A program made the position numbers and the translations under genes. Positions 38,173 to 46,700 of a stretch of 64,000 bases of DNA are shown piece after piece. This DNA comes from an uncultured Eubacterium sp. Its GTDB lineage: Bacteria > Bacillota > Clostridia > Lachnospirales > Lachnospiraceae. Position 1 is the stretch's first letter. Every line of letters starts with the position of its first letter. Location: positions 5,379-69,378 of the forward strand of contig CAJTXO010000019.1 in assembly GCA_910583555.1 (NCBI GenBank). The letters are read 5' to 3'. Under the pieces are notes generated by a model that made no database searches, was not told the origin of the DNA, and saw nothing but the letters and a program-made list of their open reading frames with translations.

Positions 38173-39456
38173 CTACCTCATACCTAACCCTACCATGTCA
38201 TCAAATTCCTGATTGATCTCATCCGCTGCCCCATCGATCACCTCATTCTTTATTGATTGAAACTCACTATCCAAACAGCATTCCACTTTTCCCCTACTAA
38301 GAAAGTAGGCCATAAAATCCGAATATAAGATCCATTGATACTCGTTTACAATCTTCGACAATTTGTCTTTCGGTACTTTTCCGCTGATGTTGTTCGCATA
38401 CAATAGGTTATTCAATTCCCCCAGTATATAGGGACTATGTGTCGTTACAAGCATTTCATTTCCATTATTTTTTACCGCCGATAGAAACTGCATGATCTTC
38501 TTCTGCGTTTCCGGAAAAAGATGAGATTCTGGTTCCTCTATTATAAAATACGCTTTTCTATTATTTAAGATCTGATAAAATAATACATTTAAAATCCATA
38601 CCACTTCCTGTTGACCGGAAGAAGCAAAATTAAGCTTTACGTACTGAGAATCAGAAACCTGCAATCTTTCTTCTCCTTCTATATTCCGATATTCACCCTT
38701 TAAAATATCCCTCATCAATGCCTCTACGGACCGAAGATATTCTCTATCAATTTTTTTATCTGTTAATAATATCTGATTCTGTATCATTTGATCATAACCG
38801 GTTGAAAAAAGTGTCTTTAGCTGCAAAATCCTCTCCAGGTAATTTTGTGTACAATAATCCAATGTTCTTTTCTGTGCATCATCCATCGAACTATATATAT
38901 AGTTAAGTTGAGAACTCAATAATGTGATCAAACTGCGCCCTGCTGGAATATAAATAATTTCACTTGTATCTTCAAAAAACGTTTCAATCTCTTTTTTGAC
39001 TCCAGCGCATTGATTCTGCCAAAAATCAAACAAATCCATTTTATCCAATTTATGAAGAAAATTTCGAAATTCTTCACTCAGGTCTATCCAAATATAATTT
39101 AGACTCAACGCACTATCCGTTAAGGAAAGCCGGATCCATCGCGTAGGTGTAAAATGATATTCCAAATACATATCATTTCTCATACACCATGTAGAACCAA
39201 ATGTCTGTAGAAAATTTGAACGTATTTCACGGATAAAACGATTTTCACACGACATTTCCATCTGATCAAAGCCACTTAATAATTTATTTTTGCGCAACAG
39301 TGCTAACAATAAATTCTTTATATTTTTAAAGAAAAAAATACTTTTAGCCAGCGTGCTCTTTCCTGATGCCTGTGGTCCTGTCAAAACCATAAATTCTTTA
39401 ATAGAAACCTCACAATCACTGATGGGACCGAGCTTGTGAATTTTTATTTTCTGCAA
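38173..39456 (-). CDS. ABC/AAA_21-like (SMC-head type) ATPase, candidate defence-system sensor/motor
   Basis: 427 aa with a TTG start at 39456 (GGAAGGAAG RBS). Walker A GPQASGKST, Q-loop region IYIPAGRS, signature-like FASSGQQE, Walker B AYFIIEEPESHLFP and H-loop VTTHSPYIL. Confidence 0.75.
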   Translation of the reverse strand: MQKIKIHKLGPISDCEVSIKEFMVLTGPQASGKSTLAKSIFFFKNIKNLLLALLRKNKLLSGFDQMEMSCENRFIREIRSNFLQTFGSTWCMRNDMYLEYHFTPTRWIRLSLTDSALSLNYIWIDLSEEFRNFLHKLDKMDLFDFWQNQCAGVKKEIETFFEDTSEIIYIPAGRSLITLLSSQLNYIYSSMDDAQKRTLDYCTQNYLERILQLKTLFSTGYDQMIQNQILLTDKKIDREYLRSVEALMRDILKGEYRNIEGEERLQVSDSQYVKLNFASSGQQEVVWILNVLFYQILNNRKAYFIIEEPESHLFPETQKKIMQFLSAVKNNGNEMLVTTHSPYILGELNNLLYANNISGKVPKDKLSKIVNEYQWILYSDFMAYFLSRGKVECCLDSEFQSIKNEVIDGAADEINQEFDDMVGLGMR

Positions 39457-39535
39457 TAGCTTTACTTCCTTCCAACTTAATTAATGATACAAGAGAAACA
39501 AAACACCTCGATATTTTACAACGAATTTAGTATAG

Positions 39536-39559
39536 CAAAAAAGGCTGCACCATGCAACC
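39536..39559 (-). terminator. Rho-independent terminator after membrane-protein gene
   Basis: On the minus strand, GGTTGCA-tgg-TGCAGCC followed by T6 (plus-strand A-run 39536-39542). Confidence 0.7.
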
Positions 39560-39573
39560 TCTTTACACATCAT

Positions 39574-40563
39574 TCATCCCAACCCACCCCCAAAATGCCT
39601 CTCCATCCTTGCCACATCTTCCTCCGTATAAATATAAATCCGATAAAACTTACAAACCGCCAAAATGATCACATTCACAAAAAACAAGATCGCGATATAT
39701 TCATAACGAAACGCAAGAACATTCGTCATGATTAATAAATCCGCAACCCCGCATATCGCATAAGAAGCACCTCCCGCCAAAACCACAACCAGCCCGATCA
39801 CCACCGGCAAAACCCATACCACCCCCACCACAACTCCCGGCAGACGATCCTTCTTCACCAACAACCGATTCAAAAACATGACCATATTCCCCAACGTAAA
39901 CACGCCGATAAACCGAAAGAGAAACACGATCCTCATAATCTCATAAAGCGAAAAATCCCCAATATCCCCAACACTCACTCCCGGGTACTCCCCTCCCGAA
40001 AACCCATAAACGCCAAAAAGCCAAAAAAACTCCGGCAAATAAACGACCCCAACGACCCACAGCGCATTCCGCAGCTGCTTCACCACCCCTTCTTTCTTCA
40101 CCCGATCATACATGACCGTCATTCCTATCACTGCCAAAATCGCCTGAATATAATGTACGTAATCATGATCCACGCCAAAAAAATCCCGAAACCCTTCCTG
40201 GTAAACCAGCAACGGCACCGCTCGCGTTTGCGAAAACCCTTCCGCGCCCGAAAGTTCCGGCGGCACAGAAACGTGAACATACCCTTTATCATCTTCGTCC
40301 TCCGTCAGATATGCCGTAACCCTCGTATGCTCCAGATCGTTCATCCAGTCGATCTGCTCCATGAGCCGGTCGTAATCTCTATCCGGTATCGAATCCCTGT
40401 TTTTACTTATTTCCCTTCTCGCCACATCATACCGCATCCCTTCATAATCCGACAAAATCCCGCGGTATTCTTTCTCCTCCCCCGAAACAAAAAAAGATCT
40501 GCATGTCCAAAACACAGCCTGTATAGCCAGCGTAACGATACAAAATATGACGATCTTCTTCAT
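39574..40563 (-). CDS. Hypothetical polytopic membrane protein
   Basis: 329 aa. It has an N-terminal TM, an acidic extracytoplasmic region of about 110 aa, then about 6 TM helices. RBS GGGAGG. No family recognised. Confidence 0.6.
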   Translation of the reverse strand: MKKIVIFCIVTLAIQAVFWTCRSFFVSGEEKEYRGILSDYEGMRYDVARREISKNRDSIPDRDYDRLMEQIDWMNDLEHTRVTAYLTEDEDDKGYVHVSVPPELSGAEGFSQTRAVPLLVYQEGFRDFFGVDHDYVHYIQAILAVIGMTVMYDRVKKEGVVKQLRNALWVVGVVYLPEFFWLFGVYGFSGGEYPGVSVGDIGDFSLYEIMRIVFLFRFIGVFTLGNMVMFLNRLLVKKDRLPGVVVGVVWVLPVVIGLVVVLAGGASYAICGVADLLIMTNVLAFRYEYIAILFFVNVIILAVCKFYRIYIYTEEDVARMERHFGGGLG

Positions 40564-40641
40564 GAACCCGCCTCCCTTTCCATACCATTTAGATAAACCA
40601 ATATGTAAATCCAGTATAGCACAGCACCGGTCGAATGTACA

Positions 40642-40677
40642 GAAAAAACCGAAAAGGCCCCGGATTTCTCCAGGACC
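40642..40677 (-). terminator. Rho-independent terminator after giant surface-protein gene
   Basis: On the minus strand, GGTCCTGGA-gaaa-TCCGGGGCC (two G-U pairs) followed by TTTTCGGTTTTTT. Confidence 0.7.
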
Positions 40678-40711
40678 TTTCTTTCACTCTATCGCACCCT
40701 CACCCTGATTT

Positions 40712-43700
40712 TCACCTTCTTCGACCCACCCGGATCACAACTTGCTTTTCGCCTTTCTTCTTTCCTTTCAAAGTCAGCATCACTTTCTTTTTCTTCGCCG
40801 AACTCTTCACGAGCCTGACAAGTTTCGAAGAAACCTTAACGGCATCCGTCACCGCTTTCTTATTATTCTGCGCCTTGACCGCAAGGACAATTTTCTTCTT
40901 CCCGCCCTTCTTTAAAACAATAGTCTTCTTTTTCAGCGAAAGCTTCTTCACCTTATTCTGTACTTTCACTTTGACTACAGCCTTTACCACACTGCCGCCC
41001 GCATTTTTCGACTGCAATACCAGGGAAGCCGATGACCCCCTGACAGCCTTCTTATTCGCCGTGATCAACACTCCGGATCCTGTCAGCTTCGCGGAAATCT
41101 TTTTATTCCCGGATACCGATGCCGTCACTTCCGCCGGTTTGCCGGCAAAAGGAGCATCCACCTCCGCGCGATATGCCACCTTCACCGATTTGCCCGGCGC
41201 GATCACTACTGATTTCTTTCCGGGCACGATCGCTTTCGTACCCGAGGCATCTGCTGTCGTTCCCGTATTACGATCTCCCGGCACCTGAGAAAGTCCCGGA
41301 TCCTGTTGCGACGGTGGCTGCGGCATTCCCGTCGGCAGCGCCGGATTCGGCGGTGTTACCCACGGGGCTGGCGGCGCACTTGACGACGGTTTCCCTGTCG
41401 GTGCCGCTGAAGACGGCACTGACGGAGACGCACTCGACACCGGTTTACCCGAAGAGGTCGGCTTGCCTGTTGTCGTCGGCTTGTCTGTAGATCCCGGCTC
41501 ACCTGAGGCTCCCGGCTTACTTGAGGCTCCCGGCTTTCCTGATGCTCCCGGCTTTCCTGTCGCCCCCGGCCCCTCCGTTGCCCCCGGCTTTCCGGAAACC
41601 GCCGGGAAAGCGGACCCTTCTGGCGCCGCGCTTGCCGGCGCTGTCGGTAACGCGCTAGACGTCGGTGTTTTTGACGGCTGCGGCCCGGAACTGCCAGATA
41701 CGTTCACATTCACCGAAGCTGCCAGTCCCGAATTCAGATAATACGCATAAACGGTAGCTGTCCCGTCGCTTTTTCCAGTCACAACACCGTTTTCATCGAC
41801 TGGCGCGACATCGGGATTCGTAGAATAATAGCACACCTCTCCCGCCACGTCATTCCATGGCGCCGCTTTTGCCTGGAGAGCTGCCGTGCTGCCGCCCGTG
41901 AGTTCGATATCTCCTCCGTCACCGATCTGCGCGCAGACCGGTACGGAAGACGACAGTTTGACATGCGTCTGCGCCGTGATCTTTTCCTTTTCCTCTTCAC
42001 GGACATTAAGCTCCAGATCAATGATGCCCCGCTCATTAAAGTCATCTACTCCCGGAGTAAACGGAATCTCCAGTCTCTGCTCCTCTCCTGACGCAAGCGC
42101 CGGTATTTCGATCTCACCGTATTCCCTGACCGGATCCCCGTTCTCATCCAAAGCGCCGAGTGTACCCTTCCCGGGCTTCGACGCCGCATTTCCTGCGTTT
42201 GTGATAACGGTCTCCACATATGGCGCGTCATCTTTCCACACGATGTCCGTCTCATTAAACTGGAGGCTGCTCTTATATGGCACCTCGCGGATACATTGTG
42301 CCTGTTTGCCGCTGCCTGCCGACACCCCTGACTCCGTCACTGTAACTTTTATACTCGTATCGGCGAGATTTTCCGGGATCACCCACGGTACGGTCACTTC
42401 TGTGCCCTCACCTGCATCGAGCGCCACGTCCATATGGTTCTGCTCCGTATTGATCACGGTCTCCACGCCATTCGTGATCTGGCTTACGGTGTAATCAAAC
42501 CCCTCGGCGGGCAAAAGCCCGTTATTCACTACTTCAAAAGTAATATCATCCTGTTCCCCTGCGGCAAGTCTTGACGGAAGGGTAATACCATCCTCTTCTA
42601 CCCCTAAAGATGAAAACGGGTTAAACTCGATATTCACCAGCTTGTTCGTGCCGTAACGGATCGCGCCGTTTTCATCGATCCACTGGTCAAAATGATTTGA
42701 CACGGCGCTGACGCTGCTGTCTGCCGCCATATAAAGGTCAAGTTCATCGATCACTTTATTCCGGTCTGTGATCTGTACCGCTTTTCCAAAGCCCCAGTCT
42801 CCGCTGCCGGAAGCATCCGCATTCTCTATTCCCCTCTTATATCTTACGCCGAACAGCTCCACTCCGGTGGAACTCTCTTCCGCGCCGAAATCGGTATAGA
42901 ATAGATAGAGATCGTCGCCATTTGACGTAAGGGTATAGGAGGACACACTTGTCATCCGCTCTTCGGAACGGGCAATATTCGCATGATCCACGCGGAACTT
43001 CTCATTTGCCAGCTCTTCGTAGATGCTGTCCTCGTAATGTTTCTCATCCATGCCGAGTTCCACAGCACTCTTCTTATACCAATCCTGATTTAGCTTGTTC
43101 TGGCTCTCGATATGCCCATTGATGAAAACTTCTTTATTTACTGTGACCTGTTCCGTCGTTCCGTTTTCCGGCGATACCGTTTCCTGTTTTGAAGTGTCAA
43201 ATAACGCCTCTAATATTTCCGAGACATTCGTGATGTTGATGACATAACCCTCCCTCAGCCAGGTCAGGTACAATGTGCCGCCCAGCTCCGTCAGTTTTGG
43301 ACTTGACTGGCTGACGCTGTCTCTCGTGATCTGGATGGGGTAGTATTGTTTATTTTTCGTTATATTGTAGATGGAAATAAACAGCTCCCTATCCGCATCC
43401 GAATATAAATCCCGGTCCTCATCGATCGTATACGTTGATATCATATAGGTATCGCCGTTTACTTCGGCCGTCGCGGAATGATGATCAAAAACAAGAGGGT
43501 CGCTCAGCGTATCATGGCAGATCGTTACGAACGTTTCCTCATCCTGCATTGTTTCCGTCTGGTAATCATATGTTTTATACGCCATCGCCGAATACACTTT
43601 TTCCACATCGAGCAGATCTGTCTCCTTTTCTACCGTGGCAAGATCGCGTTTCATATAGCTGACATAAATGTTCGTGCCGTCCATATTGATTTGAGGCGCC

Positions 43701-46700
43701 AGATTGAAGTAATTATCATCTACAAGTGTTACCTCTTCTCCCATCGTTTTTGCAGCGATATCATATACTGCCAGGGAAATACCCATCGCATTTAATTTCT
43801 GGACAGAGGTATCGGTATCCGTAAACGCACGATTGGCATCGGCCCATGCAACGATCACCTTTCCGTCTTTTCGCAGCACTTCCGGCGCCGCGTCCACCGT
43901 GCCGTCATTTGCTACTATTTTCGGCATCGACCAGGCGGTGCCGTCATGGACAGCATAGTACAATGCCTGATCGTTCGCCGTATCCGCGCCGCCCCTGCTG
44001 CCCAGAAATACGACCATTTTCTTTTTATTCTCATCATCGAGCGCTATGATCTTCGGCCGGGCGTGTTCTGTCGCATTGTCCAAAAGCGTCTGGAACTGTA
44101 CGATCTCCATAGCGGCCCGCCGCTTTGCGCCGCTGCTGCCGAACGTCTCCATCTCGGATGTTCCGCTCGAATAATCGTGCCGTGTGACCGTCTCGCCATC
44201 CCCATACTCTTTCAGCACCGGATCACTCTGGACATCCGCTGACGCCGCTCTCTGTTTTGACTTTTTACTGTCCGCCGAAAGAAGACCGCCGAAGAAATTA
44301 TAAATTGTCCGGCCCTCCAGCGAACCCCATCCCTTCGTTACGGAGTAGAGGTTCACGTCGATGGAAAAGATCAGCAGGTCCACGCCGATCCCTCCCGTGG
44401 AGCCGATCAGCGCGCCGCTCGGCGAGCCCTCCGTCAGTCCGATATCAAACTGCAGCTTCAGCGTCACGTATCCCCTCGCCGATAAAATACCGCACAATCC
44501 AACCCCGGCCTGCGCCTTTCCGGAGAACATAAGGCTGAATGACGACTCCGGATCTCCGAGCCGCTCCGCTAAATTGCCGCCGTAACTGTTGAAATCGCCT
44601 GCCGTGAGCGCCTCCCGGCCATTCTTCGTCGTATAGGCCACCGTACAGTTTCCCTGCAGCGTCAGCGCGAAATTGACAAAGGCCGGAACGGTGGAAATCA
44701 TCGTATAGGCGGTTTTATTGAAGGTAAAAGTGCCTCCCACGGCGACGGAACCACAGGAAAACGTGTACTCATCCTTTACCGGGTTATAGACGAAATCAAA
44801 CGCCATGACAAACGCCACCTCGACGTTCCAGGCACTCTTATTCATCCCCGCCATCGTTTTCTTTGCCTTGCTGTTCTTATCTTTGCGGATCGCCTTCAGC
44901 GCATTATCCATCGCCTTCTTTTCCGCTTTCAGGTCGCCCTCGCCAAATTCTCCACTGGCTTGCGAATCCTCATACATGCCAAGAAGGATCGTTTCGGCTG
45001 CCGCATCCGACTTCGTCTTTTTTGCCTTCGTGACATTATTATGGAAGTTACTGTAAGCCTGCCTCTTCTGTGATGCGGACAGATTCGGGAGATTGCCGAG
45101 CGAGCCATCCACCCCGACCTGGAGCGTGTAGCCTGTTTTCTCATTATCCCACCACGTCTTGCCAAATGTGAGCAAGCCGGAATCCGCCTCGCCCGTCGCG
45201 TTACCGATGAGCGGGACATTGACTGCTGACGACTGCTTCATTTCGAATGACTGCGCCACCGCATGTTCGTTTTCCACATAGAACACAAGTCCTGTATCCC
45301 GGTCCGGGTACTCGATGGGGAAAGAACCTCCGGTGATCGGATTTCCCTCATCATCCCTAATATCATCCAGTATGAAATTCCCATCCTCATCATAGTGTCC
45401 GTTCTGTCCCACATCTACCCGGTAACTCCTGCTGCTCACGAGCCTGACCTTGATCCGGTCGCCATTATGCAGGTTTTCCGGCATTTTGGGAATCCTGCAC
45501 TCAAAGGTATTGGAATTGCCCTCGCTTTCCCTTACCCGGTACTCATCGGTCTGACCCGTCGCCGTGTAAACCGTGAAGACAGCTTCCTTGATTGAATCCC
45601 TGCCCGGGTCTGCCTTTGCCGTGATCACCAGCGCGTCATCGTAAATGCGCACAGAATTTTGCAGATTGTTTGCTTTCGCGTTATTCTCATCTCTCTCATA
45701 GCGATAAGAAATACTTGTTACTTTGGGCATATCATGGGGGTAATGAATCTCCGTATTGCCGCTGTTGACCATGTATCCCCCGGCTGCCGCCTCATATGTA
45801 TCATCCAGTTTTACATCGGCGATCTGCCCAAAGGAAGCGCCATCTGTCATAAGCATGGGGATGACGTCGCCGCTTACGCCGGTTATGCCGGACATCTCAT
45901 ACACGCCATTTTTCCCCGGCGTTGTACAGGCCGTATCGATCAGCGGCGTCCCGTTATTATCCTTTGTCTGCCCTCCCTTTCCGACAGACAGTGTATAACT
46001 GCTGACCGGAAGTTTTTTCACGGCAAGTCCGTCACTGCGTATCGGCGGATAGGCAGACACAAGCGTGCCCTTCACGGTATATTGTCTGAGCGATGACTTT
46101 AATACTTTCGATACGCCGATCACGATGATATTATCCTCCGCCTCGGCGGCCGCCGTAAACGGAAAATACTGGGTGGTATACGTCGTATTTGCCGTCTGGA
46201 ATTTCACCGTCGGCCGGTAGACATAGCTGTCATCCTCACCCATGCCGTCTTTTGCCCGGATGTTCAACACATAGTCCTTATTTGGCACCGGTTTCATTTT
46301 CTCGGCAACAGGTCCTTTCCCCGGCTGCAGATTTAAAATGTTCTTACCCTTATCATTCGCTTCGAGCAGGGACTGGTCGATCAGCCCGGCGATCTCAAAA
46401 CGGGAAGCGGCGTCATCGTCCGCAAACCGGATTTCGACTTTGTTATCGCTTTTCATGACAAGCGGGCGGATCCAGTATTTCTGAAAGGACTCCAAAAACA
46501 GATCCGACCCATCCATGATCGTATTAAATCTCTTTCCGTCAGTGGAAACCTGATAGCCGACGCAGTCATATCCTTCCTCCGCCGCTTCACCGGAGAGATC
46601 GAGGCTGTCGCCGGCGTGGAACGTATATTCCCTGCCTGCCTTTAAATCCTCGTCGGAAAAATGTCCGCCTGCCGCCCCTTTCGGATTCAGGACTTCCACT

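Noticed and set aside
41493-41600. Tandem 18-nt repeats here, and 12-nt repeats at 59272-59355, considered as possible CRISPR arrays.
   Set aside because: The units are contiguous with no spacers, far shorter than CRISPR repeats, and in frame inside long ORFs where they encode peptide repeats. No cas genes are nearby.
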